From: an uncultured delta proteobacterium
GTDB taxonomy: Bacteria > Desulfobacterota > WTBG01 > CAIYCZ01 > CAIRTM01
Length of the DNA stretch: 64,000 nt
Assembly: GCA_963804955.1 (NCBI GenBank)
Contig: CAWDSQ010000011.1
Span: forward strand, 32,001 to 96,000
Direction: 5' to 3'
Program-made: the position numbers and the translations under genes
The notes under the pieces: generated by a model
Database searches by the model: none
What the model saw: the letters and a program-made list of their open reading frames with translations, nothing else
What the model was told of the DNA's origin: nothing
In this document: positions 1 to 9,916 of the stretch, one piece after another
How the letters are laid out: every line of letters begins with the position of its first letter
Position numbering within the stretch: the first letter of the stretch is position 1

Positions 1-1
1 C

Positions 2-491
2 ATGTTCATGCAGCCCGTGCACCTTGCCATCGGGGTTGTTGAGGGCGCTGCAACCGCCGGCATTGTTTATTTTGTCATCAAGGCGCGGCCCGATATTCTT
101 GATGCAGTGCCCGATGGCTCCCCTTCGCTGCGCAATGTTGCGGTCGGGCTCGGCATAGCGGCACTGCTTATCGGCGGGGTTTTTTCGTGGTTCGCCTCTG
201 AAAAACCAGACGGCCTTGAATGGGCAATGTCCCGTGTTACGGGCACTGAAGAGATAAGCCCCCGGAAAACCGCAACGCACACTGCTTTTGAGCGCCTTCA
301 GGAGAAGGTTGCGCTGCTTCCGGACTATGCTTTTAAAAAGCCTGACAATGCTGAGGCAGGGCAGGGACAGGCCGCGGCCGGCGGTCAATCCCGAGACCTC
401 TGCCGCAGGCATAATCGGCGGCCTGCTGACCCTCGGGGTTGCGCTGCTGACGGGAGTTTTGCTGCGACGCCGGCGCGGCGGAAAAACATAA
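2..491 (+). CDS. cbiM: Cobalt/nickel ECF transporter S component, CbiM/NikMN-type with PDGLE domain (5'-truncated, frameshift near 385)
   Basis: HLAIGVVEG TM motif, WFASEKPDGLE motif; C-terminal TM helix continues in ORF 288..491; upstream of cbiQO. Confidence 0.85.
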
Positions 492-517
492 CTTGATTTG
501 TTGGGTTCGCATCACAG

Positions 518-651
518 GTAGGGTGCGCCGTCCGCACCGATGACGGATGGCTTATTGTGTTGCTATGCCCGGCAGTGTGCAAAACCGGGTTGGTGATGGG
601 GTTTTAATTTTGTTTTTTGATTTGACTTATCGGTGCGCACGGCGAGCCTAC
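518..651. repeat. GTAG-type REP doublet (REPIN-like)
   Basis: gtagggtgcgccgtccgcaccgat (518-541) and inverted atcggtgcgcacggcgagcctac (629-651). Confidence 0.7.
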
Positions 652-717
652 GGGCTTAACCTAACCTGCAAACAAAGTCACTAACAAATATGATGCCGTA
701 TGGCAGAGCGCTGATCC

Positions 718-1530
718 ATGACGTCAAACGACAAGCAACTGTTCAACCTCAACTATCTTGATATTCTTTCCCGTCAGGACACGCCCCTGCACCGCCTTGA
801 CCCGCGGGCGAAAGTGTTGACCGTATGCATCTTTATTGTGGCCGTTGTTTCGTTCGGGAAATATGAGGTCTCGGCGCTGCTGCCGTTTTTTCTGTTTCCG
901 GCGGTCATGATCGGCCTTGGCAATCTGCCGGCGGCATATCTTGGGCGGAAGCTTCTTGTGATACTGCCCTTTGCCCTTCTCATCGGCATTGCAAATCCGG
1001 TGTTTGACCGCGAGGTGCTCCTGAGAATCGGGCCTTTTTCTGTTTCCGGCGGCTGGATTTCCTGCTGCTCTATTATTCTGAGATTTGTTTTGACGGCCCT
1101 TGCCGCGCTTATTCTTATTGCCACCACGGGGTTTATAGGTGTCTGCGCAGTGCTTGAGCGCCTGGGGCTGCCGCGCGTTTTTACGGTGCAGCTGCTGTTT
1201 ATACACCGGTATCTGTTTGTCCTCACCGATGAGGCGGCGCGCATGTCGCGGGCCCGTGCACTGCGCTCTTTCGGCATCCGGGGTATGACGCTTAAAACAT
1301 TCTGCCCCCTGGTGGGCCATTTGCTGCTGCGGACCATCGACCGTGCGCAGCGTATCTATCTTGCCATGGTGTCGCGGGGATTCACCGGAAGCCTGCGCAT
1401 GCGCAGCAGGCTCGGCTTCGGCCGCCGCGAGGCAGTGTTTACTGCGGGCTGGGCCGCGGCATTTATGCTCATGCGTATCGTGAACCTGCCCGAGGCAGCG
1501 GGGCGGGCTATTGAAGGAATATTAAGATGA
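718..1530 (+). CDS. cbiQ: Cobalt/nickel ECF transporter T component
   Basis: LHRLDPRAK start motif, RAQRIYLAMVSRGF coupling helix, multiple TMs. Confidence 0.92.
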   Translation: MTSNDKQLFNLNYLDILSRQDTPLHRLDPRAKVLTVCIFIVAVVSFGKYEVSALLPFFLFPAVMIGLGNLPAAYLGRKLLVILPFALLIGIANPVFDREVLLRIGPFSVSGGWISCCSIILRFVLTALAALILIATTGFIGVCAVLERLGLPRVFTVQLLFIHRYLFVLTDEAARMSRARALRSFGIRGMTLKTFCPLVGHLLLRTIDRAQRIYLAMVSRGFTGSLRMRSRLGFGRREAVFTAGWAAAFMLMRIVNLPEAAGRAIEGILR

Positions 1531-2327
1531 GCCACCATATTATCGAAGTTTCGGACCTGCGTTACAGCTACCCCGACGGCACGCATGCTTTGCAGGGCAT
1601 TTCATTCAGGGCCGTGCATGGCGAATCGGTGGCCGTTGTGGGGGCTAACGGGGCCGGCAAGTCGACCCTGCTTTTGCACCTGAACGGCTATCTTATGCCG
1701 TTACAGGGCAAAATCCGCATCGGCGATCTGCCTCTTACCAAAAGCACGCTGCAGGAAATCAGGCGCACGGTCGGGATGATTTTCCAGGACCCCGATGACC
1801 AGCTCTTTATGCCCACGGTGTACGATGATGTGGCCTTTGGCCCTCTCAACCTGGGCCTGCCGCTTGACGAGGTCGATATGCGGGTGGCAAAAGCGCTCGA
1901 TCTGGTCGGGGTCCCGCATCTGAAGGACAAGCCGCCCTACCGGCTCTCAGGGGGCGAGAAGCGGCGCGTGGCCATAGCAACGGTCATGTCCATGTCGCCC
2001 GATATTCTGGTGCTCGACGAGCCCACGACAGGGCTTGATCCGCTGGCCCGGCGGCAGCTCATCGGGCTGCTGGGGAATTTTCGCCATACAAAAATTATTG
2101 CAAGCCATGATCTTGACATGGTCGCAGACCTGTGCGAGCGCACTATCGTGCTGCATGAGGGGGCCGTCCGTGCCGACGGCCCCACGGCCGATATTTTCAG
2201 GGACGATGCCCTGCTTGCGGCCTGCCGTCTTGAAAAGCCGCTGTCCATGCAGAAGTGCCCTGTGTGCTCTCCCAGAATAAATAAAGCGTCGTGCCCACAC
2301 ACGACCATCATTGAAGGATTGCCATGA
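1527..2327 (+). CDS. cbiO: ECF transporter ATPase
   Basis: GANGAGKS Walker A, FQDPDDQLF, LSGGEKRR, LDEPT; ATGA overlap with cbiQ. Confidence 0.93.
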   Translation: MSHHIIEVSDLRYSYPDGTHALQGISFRAVHGESVAVVGANGAGKSTLLLHLNGYLMPLQGKIRIGDLPLTKSTLQEIRRTVGMIFQDPDDQLFMPTVYDDVAFGPLNLGLPLDEVDMRVAKALDLVGVPHLKDKPPYRLSGGEKRRVAIATVMSMSPDILVLDEPTTGLDPLARRQLIGLLGNFRHTKIIASHDLDMVADLCERTIVLHEGAVRADGPTADIFRDDALLAACRLEKPLSMQKCPVCSPRINKASCPHTTIIEGLP

Positions 2328-3575
2328 CGGCATTACGCGGCATTATCGTACTCATGGGCTCGGGAGAGCTCACCTCCACCATGGTAGAGGTGCACAAGGA
2401 GCTGCTGGCGCGCCTCGGGCCTGCGGCAAGGGCGGTCTTTCTGGACACGCCTGCAGGTTTTCAGCTCAATGCCGACCAGCTGTCGCAGAGGGCTGTCGAG
2501 TATTTTAAGACGCATGTGCACCGGGGGCTTGAAATTGCCTCCCTGAAATCCTATGAGACAGGAAGAACCTATGGCGCTGAAAAAGCATTTCAGACGCTGC
2601 GGGCTGCTGACTTTGTTCTCATCGGGCCCGGCAGCCCCACCTATGCCGTGCGGCAGTGGCGCGCAAGCCCGGTACCCGATATTCTGCACAAGCGCATCCG
2701 GGACGGCGCCTGCCTTATCGCGGCAAGCGCAGCGGCCCTTACCGTTGGGGGCTTTACCCTGCCGGTCTATGAAATTTACAAAGTAGGAGAAGACCTGCAC
2801 TGGGTTGAAGGCCTGAACCTGCTCGGGCAGTTCGGCATACAAAGCTGCGGTCATTCCGCACTGGAACAATGCCGAGGGAGGCACGCATGACACGCGATTC
2901 TGCTATATGGGCGAGCCACGGTTCAGGCAGCTTGAAGCGATGCTGCCCCCGGAAGCGCTGGTCATAGGGCTTGACGAGCACACGGCCTGCATCATGGACC
3001 TTGAGCGGGATGAGGCTCTTGTCAGGGGCATAGGCAGGGTCATTGTCCGCACGAGAACCATGGAGGCGGCATTTGCAAAGGGCGAGCGCTTTCCCCTTGC
3101 GCTGCTGCGGGGCGAAACAGCGGCGCATGATCAGCAGTTTGCGCCCCTGCAGGCTGAACCCGTGCAGGAGACGGCGGCACCTCCGCAGGACTCTTTCTGG
3201 CAGCAGGTTCATGGGCTTGAGGACGCTTTCCGGCAGGGGCTTAGCGGAAACTCCTGGGAGGAAACAACAGGCGCGCTGCTGTCTCTTGACGATGCCATCT
3301 GGAAAGCCCACGAGCAGGGCGAAAGCGAGGAATTTATTTCCCAGGCGCGGGAAGCGCTGCGGGACATGCTGGCAGATCTCGGGAAACGGCTGGGCGCAGA
3401 GTCTGCGCATACTGCCCCTGCTGTAGCGCCCCTGGTTGACGGGCTCATTGCGCTGCGCGCCCGGCTGCGCGATGAAAAGAAATGGCAGGAGGCTGACGCG
3501 CTCAGGCTGTGCCTTGAACGCGCGGATATCATGATCGAAGATGCCAAGACGGCCCCCTGGCATGTGCGGCAATAA
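2324..3575 (+). CDS. Peptidase S51/cyanophycinase-like (GATase1 fold) protein with C-terminal CysRS anticodon-binding-like helical domain (frameshift near 2845)
   Basis: LMGSGE, GPGSP, AASAAA nucleophile elbow, VIPHWNN, IGLDEHTA; C-terminus LIALRARLRDEKKWQEADALR..IMIED resembles the CysRS tail. Confidence 0.7.
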
Positions 3576-3725
3576 CAGGCTGTTGAAAAACGCTCATCTG
3601 CTGCGTTGCGCTCATAATGCTTCACTGCGGCGTACGAAAAAGTACGCCTCATTACGCATGATTTCGCCTGCATAGCAGGTGTAGAGACAACGCGCCTTGC
3701 ATCTGAGCATTTTTGAACAGCCTGT
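3575..3725. mobile_element. MITE with terminal inverted repeats
   Basis: acaggctgttgaaaaa ... tttttgaacagcctgt (one mismatch); a second partial end ttttttcaacaacc follows at about 3734-3747. Confidence 0.75.
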
Positions 3726-3775
3726 ATGCATGATTTTTTCAACAACCGGCTAAAGCCGCAGGAGAGGAGATCGGC

Positions 3776-5424
3776 ATGTACGAGCATCCACAGCTTGCTG
3801 TTTTATGCGTAAGCGCTGCGGGAGACAGCAGCCTTGCCGGTTTTGCGGCATATCTCAAAGCGCTGCGGCATGTGCGGCTTGAGACGGCCGAGCAGCTGCC
3901 GCAGGACCTGGCCCCGTACGGAGCCATCATCACCGCCGGTTTTGCTTCATACGCCGCTCATGAAAAAAACCTGACCGATTTCGTGCGCGCAGGAGGCGGG
4001 TGGCTTGCTTTTGCTGTCAATGCAGAGGTGAAGCTTCCGCAGATTTTTGGCGCCACATGCGGGCCTGCCGGGCCTGAGGCCGAGGTCCGGGTTATGTTTA
4101 CCCACAAAAACAATCCTCTGGCTGTGCGGCTGCCCGATGCCGTGTATGTGACCGGCACGTTCAGGCCCCTTGAGCTGTCGGCTGCTGACACGGAGACGGT
4201 TTTATATGCCGACTGGCACTACACACACCAGGCGGTTCTTGTCACCCGAAGGGAAGGCGCTGGCCGCGTTGCCTGCACAACCCTTGCCCCGTTGCGGTAA
4301 TGAGGCGCTGCATCAAATACTTTACCGGGTGCTGCGCCGGCTCGGAGCATGCGCGGACCGGCCTTCGCCTCTTAATGTCGGCATACTTGGTTATGCGCCA
4401 TCGGTCGGCAAGCTCCACGGCTGCGGAGCGGCGGCCACCCCGGGCCTGCACCTGCACGGGGCATGCGATCTGAGCCCTGAACGGCTCGATCAGGCCTGCA
4501 AAGACTTTCCCGGCATTTGCATATATGCAACAAGTGCCGACCTTGCAGCCGACCCCGCCATTGACCTTGTGATTATTGCAACTGCCCCCAACACTCACGC
4601 GAAGCTGAGCATAGAGATGATGACAGGCCGGCAAGCATGTCATCTGCGAAAAGCCTTTAGCCCTCAGCCGGACCGAGACCGATGCCATGCTTGCAGCCGC
4701 TGAAGCAAACAGGGTGCACCTGAGCTGCCACCAGAACAGGCGGTGGGACCAGGATTACCTCGCCATCAGGCAGGCCCTTGCGGCAGGTCTCATCGGCGAC
4801 CTGTTTTATATGGAAACTTTTGTGGGCGGGTTCAGCCATCCCTGCGGCTACTGGCACTCCCATGCCCCGGTTGCGGGCGGCACCAGCTATGACTGGGGCG
4901 GCCATTACCTTGACTGGATCGTGGGCCTCATGCCCGGCCGTATTCAGTCTGTGCGGGCAACCAGCCACAAGCGCGTGTGGCATGATGTGACCAATAATGA
5001 TCAGGAGCGCCTGCAGCTGCGCTTTGCAGACGGCTGCGAGGCCGAGTTCATGCATTCCGATATCGCTGCCGTGCGCAAGCCCAAGTGGTATCTGCTGGGA
5101 ACTGAAGGGGCGATCATCGGCTCGTGGCGGGATGTGGCGGCCTATGAAATCGATCCGGTTCTCTACTATCACCGCCGCGATATACCCCCGACAGAGATGA
5201 CCCCTGAACTGAGCCTGCATCGCCGGGAGCCCTCGGGCCGGATCGTGGCGCGGGCCCTTGATATCGCCCCGCGGCAGGATTTCGGTTTTCACCGCAATAT
5301 CGCCGATCACCTGCTTACGGGCGAGGCCCTTGCAGCGCCCGTTGAAGACTCGGCACACGTCGTTGCCGTGCTTGAAGCTGCGGCGCGCTCCATGGCCCGC
5401 GAGCGGGGCAGAGGAGGTGCTTGA
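3776..5424 (+). CDS. ThuA-like/GATase domain fused to Gfo/Idh/MocA oxidoreductase (frameshifts near 4290 and 4630)
   Basis: LTDFVRAGGG...GAGRV N-domain; VGILGY, DLVIIATAPNTH, KHVICEKP, HQNRRWD, YDWGGHYLD. Confidence 0.8.
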
Positions 5425-6452
5425 TGCCTGACCGGGTCAGATGGGGAATTCTCGGCAATGCACACATTGGCCGCACCTGCGTTATCCCGGCCATGCAGAA
5501 GTCGCGAAACTGCGCAGTGCTGCAGCCTGGGAACCAGGAATCCCGCTGCTGCATAGGCTCGTTGCAGGCAGCACGATATCGCGAGCGTCGTTGACGGCTA
5601 TGAAGCCGTGCTTGCCGACCCGGCACTTGATGCGGTCTATATACCTCTGCCCAATCATCTGCACTGCGAGTGGACACTCAAGGCTCTTGCCGCCGGCAAG
5701 CATGTGCTGTGCGAAAAGCCCCTTGCCTGTAATGCCGGGGAGGCCCGGCGCATGGCCGATGCCGCTGAAAAGGCGGGCCTGCTGCTCATGGAGGCTTTCA
5801 TGTACCGGTTTCACCCGCGCACGCAGCGTATCAAACAGCTGGTGAGCGACGGCGCCATCGGCGAGCCGCGGCTGGTGCGCGCCTCGTTTTGCTTCTCCAT
5901 GGATCCGGTCACCCTTGCCGATCCCGGCAACCCCCGGCTCAGGCCGGATACGGGCGGAGGCGCACTGCTTGATGTGGGCTGTTACGGCGTGAGCGTCGGC
6001 GCGGTACTTTTTCGGGTGCGAGCCCGAGGCTGCGCAGGCCCAGGCAATCTATAATGATGCCGGTGCGGATATGCTCTTTGCGGGCACGCTTCAGTTTCCC
6101 GGGCGGCAGGCTGGCAACGGTGGAGGCGGGTTTTACGGCAGCCCTGCAGCAGACCTATGCTATCACGGGCAGCCGTGGCTCTATCGAGCTGCCCCATGAC
6201 GCGTTTATCCCCCGGGAACATGATGCAGCATATACGCTGCGGGGCGAGCATGATGAGAACGGCAGACTTTACAGTGTTGCCGGCGCTGATGAATACCGGC
6301 TCATGGTAGAGCATTTCAGCGACGCGGTGCTGGGGCGCGAGCCCCTTGCTTTTTTGCCCCGGGAAAGCGTCTGCAATATGCAGGCCCTTGACGGGCTGGC
6401 GCGCGCCGCCCGGGATGGTACGGCCATATGCCTGCAGGAATTTCAAGCATGA
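5424..6452 (+). CDS. Gfo/Idh/MocA family oxidoreductase (several frameshifts)
   Basis: MPDRVRWGILG start (TGATG overlap), DAVYIPLPNHLH, GKHVLCEKP, MEAFMYRFHP, GGALLDVGCY. Confidence 0.88.
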
Positions 6453-7441
6453 ATCAGCCAGGCAGCATCTGCACCGTGACGCGGGTAGCACCGGAGGGCT
6501 TCAAACGCTGCTGGGAGCAGAGCGGCGCCACTCTGGACTGGGCTTGCCCGTTTATGCTGCCGCCGTGGATAACATCATGGCTGCAGCATTTCGGAGCGGG
6601 AAGGGAGCCGCATATTTATCAGGTCAGCGCCGGGGATATGCTGCTCGGCATTGCGCCTCTGCTTGTGGGCGGCGGCACGGCAAGTTTTATCGGCAGCCCG
6701 GACGTGTGCGATTACCTTGATTTCATTGTAGCGCCGGGCATGCACGGGCGGTTTTTTGCAGGCCTCGCCGCACATCTCAGGAAGCAGGGAATCGTCTCGC
6801 TTGATCTGGGCCCGCTGCGGCCTGACTCGGCGGCTTTTGCCTGCTGCAACGGCGCAGCAGCGCAGTTTGCATGCAGCCTGACCAGCGCTGATGAGGATGT
6901 ATCCTATGAGCTTGCGCTTCCGGCGGATTGGGATGCCTATCTGAGCGGGCTTGCCGTGCAGCAGCGCCATGAGGTGCGGCGCAAGCTGCGGCGGCTTGAG
7001 GAGGCGGGGCCGTTTGACTATCGCATCGGGGATTCCCCTGAGGCGATTGATGCTGCCATGGACATGTTTCTGCATCTGTTCACAATAAGCAGGCCGGACA
7101 AAAGGGCTTTTATGACCGCAGCCATGGAAGCATTCTTTCGGAGCCTTGCACGGTCCATGGCAGACTGCGGTCTTTTACGGCTCGGATTTTTAGACATCAA
7201 TGATGGGCCGGCAGCAGCCGTCATGTGCTTTGAGTACAGCGGTACGGTGTATCTGTACAACAGCGGTTTCGACCCGCGGTTCAAGCGCCTCAACGCGGGG
7301 CTTCTGTGCAAGGTTCTCAGCATCCGCGACAGCATCCAGCGCTGCAAAAAGGTGTATGACTTCCTTAAAGGAGACGAACCGTACAAACAGCGCCTCGGCG
7401 GCGGCGTCGTACGGCTTCAGCGGTGCAGGGTGCTGTTATGA
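6449..7441 (+). CDS. GNAT family protein, Acetyltransf_6 (CelD/BcsL, FemAB-related double GNAT)
   Basis: DYLDFI, LPADWDAYL..RRKLRRL, YLYNSGFDP, YDFLKGDEPYKQR; ATGA overlap with upstream gene. Confidence 0.85.
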   Translation: MNQPGSICTVTRVAPEGFKRCWEQSGATLDWACPFMLPPWITSWLQHFGAGREPHIYQVSAGDMLLGIAPLLVGGGTASFIGSPDVCDYLDFIVAPGMHGRFFAGLAAHLRKQGIVSLDLGPLRPDSAAFACCNGAAAQFACSLTSADEDVSYELALPADWDAYLSGLAVQQRHEVRRKLRRLEEAGPFDYRIGDSPEAIDAAMDMFLHLFTISRPDKRAFMTAAMEAFFRSLARSMADCGLLRLGFLDINDGPAAAVMCFEYSGTVYLYNSGFDPRFKRLNAGLLCKVLSIRDSIQRCKKVYDFLKGDEPYKQRLGGGVVRLQRCRVLL

Positions 7442-7541
7442 ATTCAAAATTGAAGATTCAGAATTCAAAATTTAAGTATTAAATGTAGAGATTGCAGCCT
7501 CGCTCTGTTTTTTTTAATTTTGAATCCGGATGAAGTTAATA

Positions 7542-7625
7542 CGTCGTGCACCCCGGTGAATACCGGGGTCCAGAAAAATCTGATTAATCGCAAAAGACTG
7601 GATACCGGCTTTCGCCGGTATGACG
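7542..7625. repeat. CGTC-type REP doublet
   Basis: cgtc...ccccggtgaataccggggtccag and ctggataccggctttcgccggtatgacg in inverted arrangement. Confidence 0.7.
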
Positions 7626-7671
7626 GAAAACAAGGAGTCTGCTTTGAAAGACACACAAGCTCAGCATCGCC

Positions 7672-8883
7672 ATGATCAGCATTCATGCGAGCCCCCTGGG
7701 GGCTCTGGGGACACGGGATAACGGCGGCATGAGTGTTTGTGTTCGCGAGCTTGCGCGAGAGCTGGGACGCCGGGGGCACAGGGTTGATATATTCACCAGG
7801 GCTTCCCGGCCATCTGACAAAGACTGTATTGTGCTTGCCGACAATGTGCGGCTTGTGTATTTGAAGGTTCCGAAAGCCTACCGTGCGGCCAAAGATGCGC
7901 TGTTCCCGCATCTGCCTGATTATTTCAAGAGGCTTGAGGCCTTCCGCTTGCGCGAGCGCATTGCATATGACCTGGTGCACAGCAATTACTGGCTCTCGGG
8001 ATGCATCGGCAGCAGGGCCCAGGCATGCTGGAGCGTGCCTCACCTGACGACATTTCATACCCTGGGGCTTTTAAAGAACAGAATCGGCAACGGCCTGCAT
8101 GAGCCGGACCTGCGCATCGCCGCAGAAAAGCAGGTTGCGCAGGACTGCAGCCACATCGTCGTGGGTTCGCGGCGGGAGCGGCAAAACCTCAGCCGCCATT
8201 ATCATGTCGCCAAAAGCAAAATAGGCATAGCGCCCTGCGGTGTGGATTTGAAACTTTTCCGGCCCCTTGGCAGAGCGTATGCCCGGCGGAGGCTCGGGCT
8301 TGACACAGGTGAAAAAATCGTACTGTACGTGGGCCGGTTCGATCCCCTGAAAGGCATCAGCCGTGTTGTCGAGGCCATAGGCTTATTACGGCAGCATCCT
8401 GTGCGTTTTATCATCGCCGGCGGCGACGGACAGGCAAACCCTGAAGTGCGCAAGCTGCAGGCGCTGTCCGGCCGGCTTTCCCTTGACGGCGCTGTCCGGT
8501 TTGTCGGCAGGGTCGACCAGCAGGTGCTGCCCCTGTACTACAGCGCTGCCGATGTGCTTGCCGTGCCCTCGCTGTATGAGAGTTTCGGCATTGTGGCGCT
8601 TGAAGCGCTTGCCTGCGGCACGCCCGTTATCGCAACGCCCGTGGGCGCCATGGACAGCATTATCAGAAACGGCCGCAACGGCCTTATTGTCAAAGGCGAA
8701 ACGCCTGCTGCATTCGCCCGGGCCATTAAAGCCTTGACTGCGACAGGCGCGGCGCCGGTGCCCGCACGGGAGACTGTCAGGGAAACGGTTGCCGGGTACA
8801 GCTGGGCCTGTGCCGCAGACAGCATGCTTGAACAGTACCGGGCCGCAATTGCAGGATACAGCAAGGCGCGGCAGCATACCTGA
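7672..8883 (+). CDS. mshA: GT4 glycosyltransferase, MshA (D-inositol-3-phosphate glycosyltransferase)-like
   Basis: MISIHASPL..G..DNGGMSV, VHSNYWLSG, TFHTLG, YVGRFDPLKG, ESFGIVALEALACG; true start probably near 7644 with an indel. Confidence 0.8.
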   Translation: MISIHASPLGALGTRDNGGMSVCVRELARELGRRGHRVDIFTRASRPSDKDCIVLADNVRLVYLKVPKAYRAAKDALFPHLPDYFKRLEAFRLRERIAYDLVHSNYWLSGCIGSRAQACWSVPHLTTFHTLGLLKNRIGNGLHEPDLRIAAEKQVAQDCSHIVVGSRRERQNLSRHYHVAKSKIGIAPCGVDLKLFRPLGRAYARRRLGLDTGEKIVLYVGRFDPLKGISRVVEAIGLLRQHPVRFIIAGGDGQANPEVRKLQALSGRLSLDGAVRFVGRVDQQVLPLYYSAADVLAVPSLYESFGIVALEALACGTPVIATPVGAMDSIIRNGRNGLIVKGETPAAFARAIKALTATGAAPVPARETVRETVAGYSWACAADSMLEQYRAAIAGYSKARQHT

Positions 8884-8896
8884 ACGGAGGTTTTGT

Positions 8897-9593
8897 ATGG
8901 CAGCACACGCAGGCATACTCGTAATAGCTCCCCATCCCGATGATATAGAGTTCGGGGCCGCCGGCGCCATTGCCCGCCTCATACAGGAGGGCAAGCAGGC
9001 GGTCTACGCGCTGTGCACCAGCGGCGATAAGGGCACGAGCGACCGGAGCATCACCCCTGAGCAGCTTGCCGGCCATCCGCGAAAGCGAGCAGAAGGCCGC
9101 GGCGCAGGTGATCGGCGTGAGGGAGGTTGTCTTTTTGCGGTATCCCGACCAGGGGCTTGAAGACAGCCCCGCTTTCAGAAAAGATATCGTGCGGCTCATC
9201 AGGCGGTTCAGGCCGGAAACGGTCATGACCTGCGACCCCTATCACCGGTATGTCTATCACCGCGACCACCGCATTGCGGGGCAGGCTGTGCTTGATGCCG
9301 TATTCCCTTTTGCCCGCGATTACCATGCCTACCCTGATCTGATCCAGGAGGGCCTTGAGCCCCATAAGGTGAAGGAACTTTTTTTCTGGGGTTCGGAGAA
9401 TATCAATTACCGCTGCGATATAACTGATACATTTGTGCTGAAACTTGAGGCTCTGCGCTGCCACGCAAGCCAGATCAAGGAGTTTTGCATTCCTGATCTT
9501 GACGCATGGCTGCGCAGCCGCTGCAGCGAGATGGCCACAGGCGAACCCTTCGAGCTTGCAGAAGCATTTCACCGCGCTCTGCTGCCGCCATAA
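8897..9593 (+). CDS. PIG-L/LmbE family N-acetylglucosaminyl deacetylase (MshB/BshB-like; frameshift near 9070)
   Basis: APHPDDIE, TSGDKG, HRDHR, KLEALRCHASQ, AEAF; GGAGG RBS. Confidence 0.9.
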
Positions 9594-9613
9594 CGCCTGT
9601 ATGCGCAGCAAGG

Positions 9614-9886
9614 CTAAGCATAAAGCCCCACAAAAGAGGAGGTTAAAAAATTCCCCCTTTAGCAGACTGTGTCAGCAATTAACTTTGCTGTCATCTCGAC
9701 CGAAGGGAGAGATCTTTTGTAGTAAGTAAAATCAAGGGCTTAACGATTTCTCACCGCCTGCGGCGGATTCGAAATGACATTAATAAATCAATTGCAACAC
9801 AGGCTCTTAGCAAAGGGGGATTAAACAGGCTTATTTTTTCGTATAAAATTAATAGTGCCCCCTTGGTTGAGGGGAGCTGCGCTTAG
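9614..9886. mobile_element. Composite MITE: outer element A carrying inner element B (9662-9806, TTA duplication), which contains a CGTC-REP pair
   Basis: Outer ends ctaagcataaagcccc/ggggagctgcgcttag; hairpin tccccctttagcaaaggggga interrupted; B right end aattgcaacacaggctc; tta at 9659-9661 and 9807-9809. Confidence 0.75.
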
Positions 9887-9916
9887 TCTGAATAACGGGG
9901 GAAAGGAGGCTCTTTT

